The notes under the pieces are model-generated. The model searched no databases and was not told the DNA's origin. It was given only the letters and a program-made list of their open reading frames with translations. 54,036 nt of DNA from Candidatus Hydrogenedentales bacterium. Its GTDB lineage: Bacteria; Hydrogenedentota; Hydrogenedentia; Hydrogenedentales; JAEUWI01. This document shows positions 1 through 9,194 of the stretch, in pieces. A program made the translations under genes and the position numbers. Location: positions 1 through 54,036 of the forward strand of contig JBIJDL010000001.1 in NCBI GenBank assembly GCA_044344195.1. The letters run 5' to 3'. Each line of letters opens with the position of its first letter. The first letter of the stretch is position 1.

Positions 1-429
1 AAGGCTCCCGACGGCACGACCCAGGTCTTTGTCATCGCCTCCGACGGCTCGGATCAGTCCCCGGACCCCGAGAAGCAGCCAAAACAGGCCACGCACCTGC
101 CCGAGGGTTCTTCCGATGGTATTCGCTGGCACCCCTCCGGCAATACGGTCTTCAGTTTCAGCAACAACGGTATCGTGGCCACCTGCGTGAAGCCCGGACC
201 CCTGTTTGGCCGTTCAGTCTTCCTCACGCCTCAGGGTGACAGCCCGGATCGCATCAAGTTGACCAGTTCGCAGGACGGCACCATGCTGGCCTTCAACAAG
301 GCCGTGCCCACAAAAAATGCGGAGGGTCAGCTCGTGAAAGCCTTCGACGGCACCGATATCCTCCAGATCTTCACGCTGCCCTTCCCGGACAAGAATGGTG
401 ACGGCATCGTGGACGGCCTGGGCGAGTAG
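1..429 (+). CDS. PD40/TolB-like beta-propeller repeat protein, C-terminal fragment (5' end outside window)
   Basis: Frame 1 is open from the window edge to TAG at 427-429. The translation has three PD40-type repeat signatures (APDGTTQVFV, HPSGNTVFSF, SQDGTMLAFN). Confidence 0.6.
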   Translation, partial: KAPDGTTQVFVIASDGSDQSPDPEKQPKQATHLPEGSSDGIRWHPSGNTVFSFSNNGIVATCVKPGPLFGRSVFLTPQGDSPDRIKLTSSQDGTMLAFNKAVPTKNAEGQLVKAFDGTDILQIFTLPFPDKNGDGIVDGLGE

Positions 430-454
430 CGGGTCGCTCAAGCGCGATTGCTTC

Positions 455-840
455 CGTGATATTCCGTACTACTATCCGTCAACATCTTGCTTTTTCAGCA
501 AATTGACTTTCCACTACCCGTCATAAGTCACTTGGAAAAGCGACTTACAGTGTAAAGTAGAGGAAGAGCTATTTTCTGTGTTCTTGCTTGCTCAACTAAA
601 GAAATGCTGACCACGGAGTGCACGAAGGCACGGAGAAGACAAATGAGAGAGGGAAAATGGGAGAGACCATTTCGAACGTGAACGTACCACTACTCGGTAC
701 TGGCACCTTTGTACTCCTCTTCTTCTCCGCGCCTCCGTGTCTCCGAGGTCCAATTATATTGGTTGCGGCCAACGTCTGATCCAGGTCCTTCCGTGGTCAG
801 GAAGAAGGCTGACCACGGAAGACACGGAATTTCACGGAAT
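455..840 (-). repeat. Copy A of a dispersed MITE/REP-like intergenic element (core ~604-800, inverted relative to copies B and C; accessory module 455-480)
   Basis: The reverse complement of 604-800 aligns along its whole length with 19487-19678, including the identical run CGGAGACACGGAGGCGCGGAGAAGAA and the core GGCCGCAACCAA (759-770 as TTGGTTGCGGCC). Terminal inverted repeats are TGACCACGGA / TCCGTGGTCA. Module CGTGATATTCCGTACTACTATCC (455-477) recurs inverted at 42880-42904. Confidence 0.7.
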
Positions 841-930
841 TTTGCTTAAGCGAATTCGCCATGCGGTATCCTTGCCGCTGTTTCGAGAGGTACTTTGCGT
901 TATTCATTCTGATTTTTGGGAGCCACTCAT

Positions 931-3096
931 ATGAAATCGCTGCTCGTCATCGCGTTGCTGTTCTTCATCGCCCCCCTCATTGCCGCAGAGGATCTCCCCT
1001 GGTACCAGACCAGACTCATCGGCATGGAAGTCGGTCCGTCCGGGGCGCAGTGGGGCTCCGACCCGCGCGATTTGGGCTATTCCTCGCGCTTCGACGGCGC
1101 GGAGATCGTGGCAAAGCAACTCGAGATGGGCTCGGAGTACCTCGTGCTCTGGGCAAGGGATCACGAGTGGGCCTACTACGACTCGAAGCTCATGCCCAAG
1201 GTTCCCGGACTGGGTGATCGCGATCCGCTCAAGGAAGCCGTGGCGGCGGCGAAACCCAGCGGACTTCCGGTCATCGCCTATGTCGTGGTGCAGGCCGCGG
1301 GCCACGTGCTCCGCGAGCATCCCGAGTGGGCCATGGTCGGCCCTGACGGCCAGGTCATCCCCGGACGCGTCTGCCTCAACAGTCCCTATCGCGATTTTGT
1401 CCATGGCCTGCTCGTGGAGATGCTTGAGATCGGTGTCGGTGGATTTCACGTGGACATGGTGGATCAGGGCTTCGGCCCGCCCTATGGCTGCTTCTGCGTG
1501 ACCTGCAGGGCTGAGTTCGAGAAACAGTTTCCTGGTCGGCCCATGCCCACGGGAGTCTCGTGGGATACCGCGTGGGACGACATGCTCGAATTCCGCTATG
1601 AAACCAGCGCGCGCTTCGAGCGGGACACCCTCGCCTTCGTACGCGCACGGGCCCCGAAAGCCACCGTCGACTTCAACTTTCACGGCTACCCGCCCTTCAC
1701 CTTCGAGGTGGGCCAGCGCCCCGTGCAGCATGCCGGAATCGGCGATTTCGTCACCTGTGAAAGCGGCGTCTGGGGCTTCAGCGCCTTGGCGGCGGGAATG
1801 ACGGCGGAATTTGTGCGCGCCGCCACGCCCGGTCGGCGCTATCAAGTGGTGATGCAGCGCGGCGCCCGCTTCTACCATGATCAGACCACGCGCCCCCTCA
1901 ATGATCTGCGCTGGGAGATGTTCGCCCTGCTCATGCACGGCTCTCAGGTGACCATCGTGGACAAGACGCCCTTCGAGGGCCAGCTCGATCCCGTGGCCTA
2001 CGGCCGAATGGCAGAAGTCTTTAAGGAAGTACAGGCCAAACGCGAACACTTCGGACAGACACCGGTCTACGATGTGGGTATCTACTATTCGGCCCGCGCG
2101 CGCGACTGGTATGGCCGGGAGCAGCGGGAAAAATATCAGCTTCCGTTTAACGGCGCCTACAAGGCCGCAACCTATGAACATCTCACGACGGGTGTGCTGC
2201 TGGATGAAAACCTCAATGCAGAGACGCTCTCCGCCTACCCCGTCGTGGTGTTGCCCGACACCGCAATTGTGGGCGCTGCGGAGGTGGCGCACTTCGAAGC
2301 TTATGTGCGTGGTGGCGGAAACCTGATCGTTTCGGGCAACTCGGGCTGCTTCGATGCCATGGGCGCACCCCAGGGCCATTCCAGCCTGGAATCACTGATT
2401 GGCGCGAAGGTAACGCGCGTTATTGCCGACAACGACAACTACGTTGCTTTTGACGCCGAACCGGAGGCGCTGGGCGATATGCTGGCGGGTATTCCCACCG
2501 GCTGGCCCCATCTGGTTTATGGCCCGGCCGTCCTCTACGAGCCCGCAGGCGCGACGGCCTACGGTCGGCTTCACGCGCCGATCCGCACCCGGCGACAAAA
2601 AGACGGGCTGGAAAGCACCACCTTCCCAGGCCCGGCAGCCGAGGCCATTGGCCCCGCCGTATTGCTCAACACTGTGGGGAAAGGCCGTGTGCTGACCTTT
2701 GCCGTGTCGCCCGGCATGGCGGCCGGTGGCGAGTACCGCACCACTGAAGCCCGCGCACTGCTGGCCAATGCCATTCGCGCGCTGTTGCCTCCGCCCAGGA
2801 TTGAGATCGAAGCACCAGCCTACGTGGAGACGGTCGTGACGCACGATAAGGACGGGACTTACCGCGTTCATCTCAACGGCTTCCTCACGCCGCCAGGCTC
2901 CACCGACGTGAAGCGCCCCTGGGCTATTCCGGAGTTGATGGTAGACACGCCCCTCTACCGCGCGGAAGTGAAAGCCAGCGGGCCGATCAAATCGGCACGT
3001 GGCGTGAACCCGGACACCGAGGTGAAGGTGTCGGGAGATACGGTCTCACTGCTGGTAAACGATGTCCACGAGGTGATTCTGCTGGAGCTGGAGTAG
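931..3096 (+). CDS. Secreted GH42-like glycoside hydrolase with a beta-galactosidase-trimerisation-like middle domain
   Basis: ATG at 931 gives a signal-peptide-like N-terminus (MKSLLVIALLFFIAPLIAAEDL); the ORF-track start at 916 is a TTG five codons upstream. It has a GH42-type Cys cluster (GCFCVTCRAEF). The later segment YPVVVLPDTAIV...YVRGGGNLIVSG resembles the trimerisation/GATase-like domain. Confidence 0.7.
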   Translation: MKSLLVIALLFFIAPLIAAEDLPWYQTRLIGMEVGPSGAQWGSDPRDLGYSSRFDGAEIVAKQLEMGSEYLVLWARDHEWAYYDSKLMPKVPGLGDRDPLKEAVAAAKPSGLPVIAYVVVQAAGHVLREHPEWAMVGPDGQVIPGRVCLNSPYRDFVHGLLVEMLEIGVGGFHVDMVDQGFGPPYGCFCVTCRAEFEKQFPGRPMPTGVSWDTAWDDMLEFRYETSARFERDTLAFVRARAPKATVDFNFHGYPPFTFEVGQRPVQHAGIGDFVTCESGVWGFSALAAGMTAEFVRAATPGRRYQVVMQRGARFYHDQTTRPLNDLRWEMFALLMHGSQVTIVDKTPFEGQLDPVAYGRMAEVFKEVQAKREHFGQTPVYDVGIYYSARARDWYGREQREKYQLPFNGAYKAATYEHLTTGVLLDENLNAETLSAYPVVVLPDTAIVGAAEVAHFEAYVRGGGNLIVSGNSGCFDAMGAPQGHSSLESLIGAKVTRVIADNDNYVAFDAEPEALGDMLAGIPTGWPHLVYGPAVLYEPAGATAYGRLHAPIRTRRQKDGLESTTFPGPAAEAIGPAVLLNTVGKGRVLTFAVSPGMAAGGEYRTTEARALLANAIRALLPPPRIEIEAPAYVETVVTHDKDGTYRVHLNGFLTPPGSTDVKRPWAIPELMVDTPLYRAEVKASGPIKSARGVNPDTEVKVSGDTVSLLVNDVHEVILLELE

Positions 3097-3329
3097 GGAC
3101 GGGCAACGAACAGACAAATCGTGCTCCGTGCACGCGGTAATACAGGAATGATCGCCCGCACCCGCAACTATTTCCCTCGGACGGCATCATTTTCCCAGTT
3201 CCCGGCGAACATACCCGCATTCTCGACCCGCAGATCCTTTATTTTCAAAGGCTTTGCGCGCCTGACTGATCTGGCCCGATGCTTGCTCTAAGCTGAGTGC
3301 AATCGTGAACTCAACCGAGGCCGACCCGA

Positions 3330-4496
3330 ATGAACACAGAGACTTACATCAATCTCGTAGCCATTCCGCCCACGGTCAAGAGCTCCGCCACCTATACGCG
3401 GACACCGGTGCTGGCCCCTGGTCCCTATCCCCCTTTCTCCCTTCCGGCCCCGGTGTCCGCTCCTCTTGAAACCACCCATCGCGTCTCGCCCGGCGACAAT
3501 CTCACCAAAATCGTCCGCGAACACCTCAGCGCCCGTGGAGGCAATCCGACGAATGCCGAGGTCTACGATGCGGTAAACACCGTGGCCCGCTTCAATGGCC
3601 TCCGCAATGCCAATCTAATCCATCCCGGCCAGACCGTGGACCTTTCGCCGCTGAACAGCGGCCATAGCCAACCGGCGAACCAGGCTTCTTCAATAGTTGC
3701 GCCGCTGCCGGCCATGCCCGAAGCGCCGCGGGCGGTCACACCGCCCCTGGTCGAGTCCAAGCCGCTGGATGACCCGGGGGCCGTCGCCCCCGCTATTGTC
3801 GCGCCGTCGTCGGCCCCCTCCGACGCACTGCTGGGCACGGAGCTCACCCAGCGTGGGGGTCCCGTGAAGATCGCGGCCAACCTCATGCCCGAGCACACTG
3901 CAACCCGCCGCAAGACCATCGTCACGTCGCTGGAGACCCGTGGTGCCGCAGGCGGTCCCGGCCCTGAGCCTTCGGACGCGGCCCTGGCGCTCCAGCGGGT
4001 CTTGAACAAGACGGCCAACGCTCTTTCGGTGTTGAAGGGGCTGGTAGACCACGATCATGGCGACCAGCATTCTGACAATCCCTGGGCGGGTGTGTTGGAT
4101 GGAAAAGCCCGCATCAGCTCCGAGTACGGCATGCGGAAGGATCCCTTCAACGGGGAAATGGCCTTTCATGATGGGATCGACCTCGCCGTGAAGCGCGGCA
4201 CGGACATCATGGCCCTCAAAGACGGCGTGGTGACCTTCAGCGGCTTCAAGGGAGGCTATGGCAATACCGTCATCGTCCGCCATGAAGGCGGCTTGGAGAC
4301 GATCTACAGCCACGCGGCTCGTAACCACGTCAGCGAAGGGCAGGCCGTCACAGCGGGCACCGTTCTCGCCGACGTCGGCTCCACGGGCCGATCCACCGGG
4401 CCACACCTCCACTTCGAGGTGCGCAAGGACGGCAGGTCGGTCAACCCGCTGCCCTACCTGAAAGACAGCGACCTGCGCCTCGCGCGCAAGGACTAG
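3330..4496 (+). CDS. LysM-like / M23 family metallopeptidase (murein endopeptidase-like)
   Basis: C-terminal M23 motifs are present: FHDGIDLAV, GYGNTVIVRH, GSTGRSTGPHLHFEV. The N-terminal part has a LysM-like segment (HRVSPGDNLTKIV...LIHPGQTVDL) and a Pro/Ala-rich linker. Confidence 0.85.
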   Translation: MNTETYINLVAIPPTVKSSATYTRTPVLAPGPYPPFSLPAPVSAPLETTHRVSPGDNLTKIVREHLSARGGNPTNAEVYDAVNTVARFNGLRNANLIHPGQTVDLSPLNSGHSQPANQASSIVAPLPAMPEAPRAVTPPLVESKPLDDPGAVAPAIVAPSSAPSDALLGTELTQRGGPVKIAANLMPEHTATRRKTIVTSLETRGAAGGPGPEPSDAALALQRVLNKTANALSVLKGLVDHDHGDQHSDNPWAGVLDGKARISSEYGMRKDPFNGEMAFHDGIDLAVKRGTDIMALKDGVVTFSGFKGGYGNTVIVRHEGGLETIYSHAARNHVSEGQAVTAGTVLADVGSTGRSTGPHLHFEVRKDGRSVNPLPYLKDSDLRLARKD

Positions 4497-4539
4497 TCTT
4501 TAAACTCTTTTTTAACCTGGCGCAACAGGTCACAACCAA

Positions 4540-4570
4540 CCCGGGGAGCGTGCGGCTCCCCGGGTCTTCT
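4540..4570 (+). terminator. Candidate intrinsic terminator after the M23 peptidase gene
   Basis: 10-bp GC stem CCCGGGGAGC (4540-4549) / GCTCCCCGGG (4555-4564) with a 5-nt loop, followed by TCTTCTT. Confidence 0.5.
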
Positions 4571-4756
4571 TAACAGCGGGGGACGGTCCCGCACGCGCAG
4601 GAGCGTTGGCTCGGTCGGGTTGGCGGCTGCACGCGGGGCTGATGTTGCGGATCGGGGCTGCCTTTCGTGCAGGACGGTCCCCTTGCCGGTTGCCTTCCAC
4701 GTCATCACCCGCTATGATTTCAAAAGCCATTCATTCCCTTTCCCCACAGGAGCACC

Positions 4757-6862
4757 ATGGGCCGTTTTACTCTGAGCCGCGCCGCGAAGCGCGAATGCGC
4801 CATCGGGGTCGCGATCTTTGTTCTGGCGTCCTTCTGGGGCATGGTGTATGTGTCCACCTGGGGCCGCACGGCGGATATTCTCCAGGCGAGCTATGGACCC
4901 TCGGTCATGCTGGCCTGCGGGCGGGGCTTTGTGAATCCGAAGGCTTCGGAGGTGCCCGAACTGGTGGCATTTCTGCAGCCCGATCAGCACCGCGACGGCC
5001 CGCCCCTGATTGATCGCTTCGATTGCGGTCTGCTGCCGGAGGATATGGCCATCGTGCCCTTTACCGGGATCCACAAGCGCACGTGGCATATGTTCTTCGT
5101 GGCGGGCTGGGTCTGGCGCGTTCTCGGCGTGGCCTGGTCGTCGCTGACCCCGCTCTACGGTCTGCTCTATGGCCTTTCGGCGGTGGCGGCCTATGCCCTG
5201 TTCCGGCTGTTGATGAACCCGCCCATTGCCCTCTTCTGCGCGGCGCTGTTCCTGATCTCGCCGATTCAGTTGCACTATCTCGTGCGCCTCCGCGATTTCG
5301 CCAAAGCGCCCTTCATGCTCTTCGCCCTGTTCTGTCTGCTGCTGTTGCTGGTCTATCCCAAGGGGTGGAAGCGCGCCCTGTGGTGCGGCGCGGCGGCCGG
5401 TGGGGCCATCGGCCTGGCCACGGGTTTTCGCGCGGAAGCGGTGATGTATGTGATCCTCTTCGTGCCCGCGGTGCTGCTCTTTTACCCCGGTTGGCGCTGG
5501 CCCGCGTGGGGCGCGCGTCTGGCGGCTACGGCGGCATTCCTCGCCTGCTTTCTTGCGGCGTCCTGGCCCGTGATGATGCAGTTCCAGACCTATGGCGAAC
5601 GCACCCATCCCTTCCTTATGGGCTTTGGCGTGTTCTACGACGGGCGCCTCGGCGCGGACAATCCGATGTATCAGGTGGCCCAGTCGGATCTTGATACCGA
5701 GGCGCTGGCCATGCACAACGCCCACAACCAGTACCTGGACGGCGCGGCGCGGCCCATCATCTACGAGACGCCGGGTTACGAGGCCGTGGGCGATGATTAT
5801 TTCTTCCGCAATCTGCTGTGGACCCTGCCCGGTGATCTGGCCACACGCACGGCGGCGGCCGCGCTGCGCATGCTGGATGAACTGCGGCCGAATCCCCAAG
5901 CCTTCATGCCCCGGGGCATCACGAACCGCTTCCTGGAGCCGCTCTATGAAGGGCGTGTCTGGCTGATGGAAACCCTCTTCAGCCGCACGCGCTATGTGGC
6001 CCTCGCGCTGGTGCTGCTGCTCGGGGCATTGAGTCCGCGCCTCGGTTTCCTTATGCTGTACTTGATGTTTTGCCTGGCGGGCATGGCCTCCGTACAGTTT
6101 GCGGCGCGGCACTACTTTCACCTGGAGGTAATACCGATCTTTCTCGGGGGCGCACTGCTCTACATCGCGTGGCGAGCCTGCGCGCTTGTGGGGAAGTCGG
6201 AGCGGACCTGGCTTGTGGAGCGGATCGGCAGCCGCGCCTGGTGGGTGGCGCGCTTGAAGTTCGGCGTGGTGTTCTCCGTCGCAAGTACCGCGCTGGTACT
6301 TTCGACTTTCTGGGGACTGCGCTGGCAACAGGATCGGCAGTTGCTTGCCCTGTTTGCGTCCTACGAGACGTCGGAACAGGACGCCGTCTGGCCCGCCGTG
6401 GCATCGGTCCAGGGCGGAGAAAAGGTGCGCCTGTCCTGCGATCCCGTGACCCTGCCCGAGGGATTGCCGGAATCGGGCCCCGAGGGCTTTTTCCAGGTGG
6501 ATCTGCTCGTGATTGAACTGGCGCGCACGGATCGCGAGGTGCCGCTCTTGTTTCGCTACGCGGGCGACACATCCGAGCGGGATCTGAGCTGGCACACGCG
6601 GGTTGTCGCGGGCAGCGACACCGTGCGCTACTACCTTCCAATCTATAACGCCGTGTGGCCCGACACGCCCGACTCGGCGGCCTGGGGCGAATTGCCGCCG
6701 ACCTGGACGCGCTTCGAGGGTATAGAGATGAACGTGGCGGATCTCGGTCAGTTGAAAGGCATTCACCGGATCCGCGAGGCTCCGGGCTACACACCCCTGA
6801 TCATGGCCGTGCTCGATGAAGGCTGGGAGACCCGTGGACTGTATCAGCGCTTTACGCGCTGA
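4757..6862 (+). CDS. Large polytopic integral membrane protein, function unknown (possibly GT-C-like glycosyltransferase)
   Basis: AGGAG lies 4 nt upstream of the ATG. The N-terminal ~480 aa contain many hydrophobic helices (e.g. FFVAGWVWRVLGVAW, LFCLLLLLVYP, VILFVPAVLLFYPGW), followed by a soluble C-terminal ~200 aa. It is convergent with rfbB. The GT-C idea is a guess from topology only. Confidence 0.7.
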   Translation: MGRFTLSRAAKRECAIGVAIFVLASFWGMVYVSTWGRTADILQASYGPSVMLACGRGFVNPKASEVPELVAFLQPDQHRDGPPLIDRFDCGLLPEDMAIVPFTGIHKRTWHMFFVAGWVWRVLGVAWSSLTPLYGLLYGLSAVAAYALFRLLMNPPIALFCAALFLISPIQLHYLVRLRDFAKAPFMLFALFCLLLLLVYPKGWKRALWCGAAAGGAIGLATGFRAEAVMYVILFVPAVLLFYPGWRWPAWGARLAATAAFLACFLAASWPVMMQFQTYGERTHPFLMGFGVFYDGRLGADNPMYQVAQSDLDTEALAMHNAHNQYLDGAARPIIYETPGYEAVGDDYFFRNLLWTLPGDLATRTAAAALRMLDELRPNPQAFMPRGITNRFLEPLYEGRVWLMETLFSRTRYVALALVLLLGALSPRLGFLMLYLMFCLAGMASVQFAARHYFHLEVIPIFLGGALLYIAWRACALVGKSERTWLVERIGSRAWWVARLKFGVVFSVASTALVLSTFWGLRWQQDRQLLALFASYETSEQDAVWPAVASVQGGEKVRLSCDPVTLPEGLPESGPEGFFQVDLLVIELARTDREVPLLFRYAGDTSERDLSWHTRVVAGSDTVRYYLPIYNAVWPDTPDSAAWGELPPTWTRFEGIEMNVADLGQLKGIHRIREAPGYTPLIMAVLDEGWETRGLYQRFTR

Positions 6863-6910
6863 TGTGGAGAGAAGGACAAAGGCGACCCGAAAGAAGTGGA
6901 TTCAAGAGGC

Positions 6911-6939
6911 GGGAGCGTCCGCGGTTCGCCGACGCTCCC
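6911..6939. terminator. Hairpin between convergent genes (weak bidirectional terminator candidate)
   Basis: GGGAGCGTC (6911-6919) / GACGCTCCC (6931-6939) with an 11-nt loop. There is no clear T-tract on either strand. Confidence 0.3.
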
Positions 6940-6992
6940 ATGGTGCATGATACATATCGATGATCTACGTCGATTCCCATTGCGGAATCAGC

Positions 6993-8003
6993 TCATGAAC
7001 CCTTCAACGCCGCGTACTGGCGCGCGTAGTATTCCTTGAACTCGCCGGATTTGATCTTGCGCCACCAGGTCTCGTTTTCCTGGTACCACTTCACGGTCGT
7101 GGCCATGCCGTCTTCCCAGGGCATGGCGGGCTGCCAGCCGAGGGCCTTGAGCTTGCTCGCGTCGATGGAGTAGCGGCGGTCGTGGCCGGGGCGATCGGGG
7201 ACCCACTGGATGAGGGATTCGTCGCGATCGGTGAGTTCGAGAATCTTGCGGGTGAGTTCGATGTTCTCCCGCTCGTTGCCACCCGCGACGTTGTAGATCT
7301 CGCCGGGCTGGCCGTTGCGCAGGGCGCAGTCGATGCCGGAGGCGTGGTCGTCAACGTAGAGCCAGTCGCGGACGTTGTGCTCGCCGCCCTTGTAGAGGGG
7401 GAGGGACTGGCGGTCGATGGCGTTGGTGGTGAAGAGGGGCAGGACCGTTTCGGGGTACTGGTGGGGACCGTAGGTGTTGGAGCCGCGGGTGATGATCACG
7501 GGCAGGTCGAAGGTATGGAAGTAGGACATGCCGATGAGTTCGCCGCCGGCCTTGGCCGCGCTGTAGGGGTTGCGCGGGGTCACGGGGTCACTTTCCTTGA
7601 AGGAGCCCTCGGGGATGCTGCCATAGACTTCGTCGGTGGAGACGAAGACCACCCGGGCGGTGCCGAGTTGCTTGGCGCATTCGGCGAGGTTCCACACGCC
7701 GTCCACGTTGGTACGGAGGAATTCCGCCGCGCCGAGGATGCTGCGGTCCACGTGGGTCTCGGCGGCGAAGTTCACCACTGCGTCGCAGCCCTCCATGGCT
7801 TTCAACATCGCGTCTTTATCGGCGATGTCGCCCTGGACGAAGGTGTGTCGCGCGGGGTCCACCCCGGCCACGTTCTCGAGGTTGCCGGCGTAGGTCAGCT
7901 TGTCCACGTTGACGATGTGAACTTCCGGGTGCTTTGCGAGCTGCCAGCGGACAAAAGCGGAGCCGATGAATCCGGCGCCGCCGGTGACCATGATGCGTTT
8001 CAT
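6993..8003 (-). CDS. rfbB: dTDP-glucose 4,6-dehydratase
   Basis: N-terminal Rossmann motif VTGGAGFIGS and SDR-extended catalytic motifs (STDEVYG, YSAAKAG). Length 336 aa. Its start overlaps the rfbD stop by 4 bp (ATGA). Confidence 0.9.
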   Translation of the reverse strand: MKRIMVTGGAGFIGSAFVRWQLAKHPEVHIVNVDKLTYAGNLENVAGVDPARHTFVQGDIADKDAMLKAMEGCDAVVNFAAETHVDRSILGAAEFLRTNVDGVWNLAECAKQLGTARVVFVSTDEVYGSIPEGSFKESDPVTPRNPYSAAKAGGELIGMSYFHTFDLPVIITRGSNTYGPHQYPETVLPLFTTNAIDRQSLPLYKGGEHNVRDWLYVDDHASGIDCALRNGQPGEIYNVAGGNERENIELTRKILELTDRDESLIQWVPDRPGHDRRYSIDASKLKALGWQPAMPWEDGMATTVKWYQENETWWRKIKSGEFKEYYARQYAALKGS

Positions 8004-8848
8004 GAATGGTGATTCCTTCGTTCCATGTAGTGGGCCAGAGCTTCGCGCCAGGGGCGCATGACATAGTTGGAGGCCGCGGTGAGGTCGGCCGTATCGAGGA
8101 CAGAGTACGCGGGTCGCGGCGCTTTCGAAGGGTAGTCGGCGGCCTTGCAGGGGCGCACGGGGATGGTGACCCCGGCCATTTCCAGGAAGGCCTGGGCGAA
8201 CTCCAGGCGGTTGCAGGCGCCCGTATTCACGGCGTGGTAGGTGCCAAAGTGCTGGGTCTTCGCCAGGGCCAGGGTGGCCTCCGCCAGATCCAAAGTGTGG
8301 GTGGGGGAGCCGAACTCGTCGTCCACCACGCTCAACTCGGGCCGAGTTTCCGCCGCGCGGAGCACCTTCTCCACAAAGTTGTTGCCGCCGGGGCCGTAAA
8401 GCCAGGCGGTGCGCAGGATGAAGTGGCGCGGGTTGGCTACAATGGTGGCATGCTCTCCCGCGGCCTTGGTCTTGCCGTAGACGCCGAGGGGCGACATGGG
8501 GTCTGTGGGCAGGTAGGGCGTGCCCTTGGTGCCGTCGAAGACGTAGTCCGTGCTGATATACACCACGGGGATCTGGTGATAGGCCGCAAGTTCAGCCACG
8601 TTGCGCGCGCCCGTCTCATTGGCCAGGAAGGCGGTGGTCACGTCATCCTCCGCGCCGTCCACATTGGTGTAGGCGGCGGCATTGACCAGGAGATCGGGCC
8701 CGAAGGCCTCCACGATGGGCTGGAGCGCCACTTCGTCGGCGATGTTCACCTCGGGCAAATCATGGCCGACGACTTCACATTCCTGTTGAAACACGGAAAT
8801 GAGGTCGCGACCCAACTGGCCCTTGGCCCCGAAAATAAGAGTGCGCAT
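8000..8848 (-). CDS. rfbD: dTDP-4-dehydrorhamnose reductase
   Basis: The family-typical N-terminus MRTLIFGAKGQLGRDL starts at the internal ATG (8846-8848). The 84 upstream codons of the ORF-track model (to 9100) have no family match and look non-coding. Confidence 0.85.
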   Translation of the reverse strand: MRTLIFGAKGQLGRDLISVFQQECEVVGHDLPEVNIADEVALQPIVEAFGPDLLVNAAAYTNVDGAEDDVTTAFLANETGARNVAELAAYHQIPVVYISTDYVFDGTKGTPYLPTDPMSPLGVYGKTKAAGEHATIVANPRHFILRTAWLYGPGGNNFVEKVLRAAETRPELSVVDDEFGSPTHTLDLAEATLALAKTQHFGTYHAVNTGACNRLEFAQAFLEMAGVTIPVRPCKAADYPSKAPRPAYSVLDTADLTAASNYVMRPWREALAHYMERRNHHS

Positions 8849-9179
8849 GGCTGTATCCTTCCAGAGGGTCGCGTATTGTAGCAACTGGGCGGGAATTGTG
8901 CAAAAGGCCCGATCAGCCCGACTGATCCCGGCTAAAGGATCGGGCGGGCCTGCCGATAGTTTAAGTACGAGGCCGAAACAAGGATGTTGAGGCGACGAGT
9001 AAGACACGGAAGTCACCCAAACGTGGAATGCGACAGTCCAAATGACCATGGTGTTCGTCCCAGCACCTGAAGTTATTGTCGCAGGACACAATTCCTCCAA
9101 GAGTGCGTCACAACGAGTCCCATTGTTGTGGCGTTTCTTTTTTTGTCCCCGCCCGCGTAAGCAAATCCCGTCACTCCCT

Positions 9180-9188
9180 TGCTATACT
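9180..9188 (+). promoter_or_regulatory. Extended -10 promoter (TGcTATACT) giving a predicted leaderless HAD transcript
   Basis: TG at 9180-9181 and hexamer TATACT at 9183-9188. The ATG at 9195 lies exactly 7 nt after the hexamer, and there is no SD sequence. Confidence 0.4.
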
Positions 9189-9194
9189 CGTCGA

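Noticed and set aside
701-716. TGGCAC-containing sequence, considered as a sigma-54 -24/-12 promoter because an NtrC-type activator is in the window
   Set aside because: The -12 element is wrong (TGGCACCTTTGTACT has no GC at the required spacing), and the site lies inside repeat copy A. I found no convincing TGGCAC-N5-TTGC elsewhere in intergenic DNA.
904-2379. 491-aa ORF on the minus strand, antisense to the GH42-like gene
   Set aside because: Its translation is R/G/H/A-rich with no recognisable motif, whereas the + strand frame has a signal peptide and GH42-like motifs. It is a typical stop-poor antisense shadow in GC-rich DNA.
3097-3329. Possible riboswitch (e.g. c-di-AMP/ydaO type) upstream of the LysM/M23 cell-wall hydrolase gene
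   Set aside because: The leader lacks the paired ACGGGGA/CCCGA-type conserved cores and pseudo-symmetric helices expected for that class. Only a weak GACCCGAA match sits near the start codon.
4712-6766. 684-aa minus-strand ORF opposite the polytopic membrane protein gene
   Set aside because: The translation is extremely R/G/H/Q/P-rich and low in complexity (e.g. QQQQQTEQGEEHEGR). The + frame gives coherent TM helices and has an AGGAG RBS.
8849-9100. N-terminal extensions in the ORF track for rfbD. The same issue affects HAD 9042-9194, pgsA 25317-25565, yacP-like 27322-27597, folP 37708-37872, hpt 42938-43084 and the giant gene 46309-46407.
   Set aside because: The extensions lack family similarity, often translate repeat elements or promoter regions, and are followed by internal starts that reproduce canonical family N-termini, some with good RBS.
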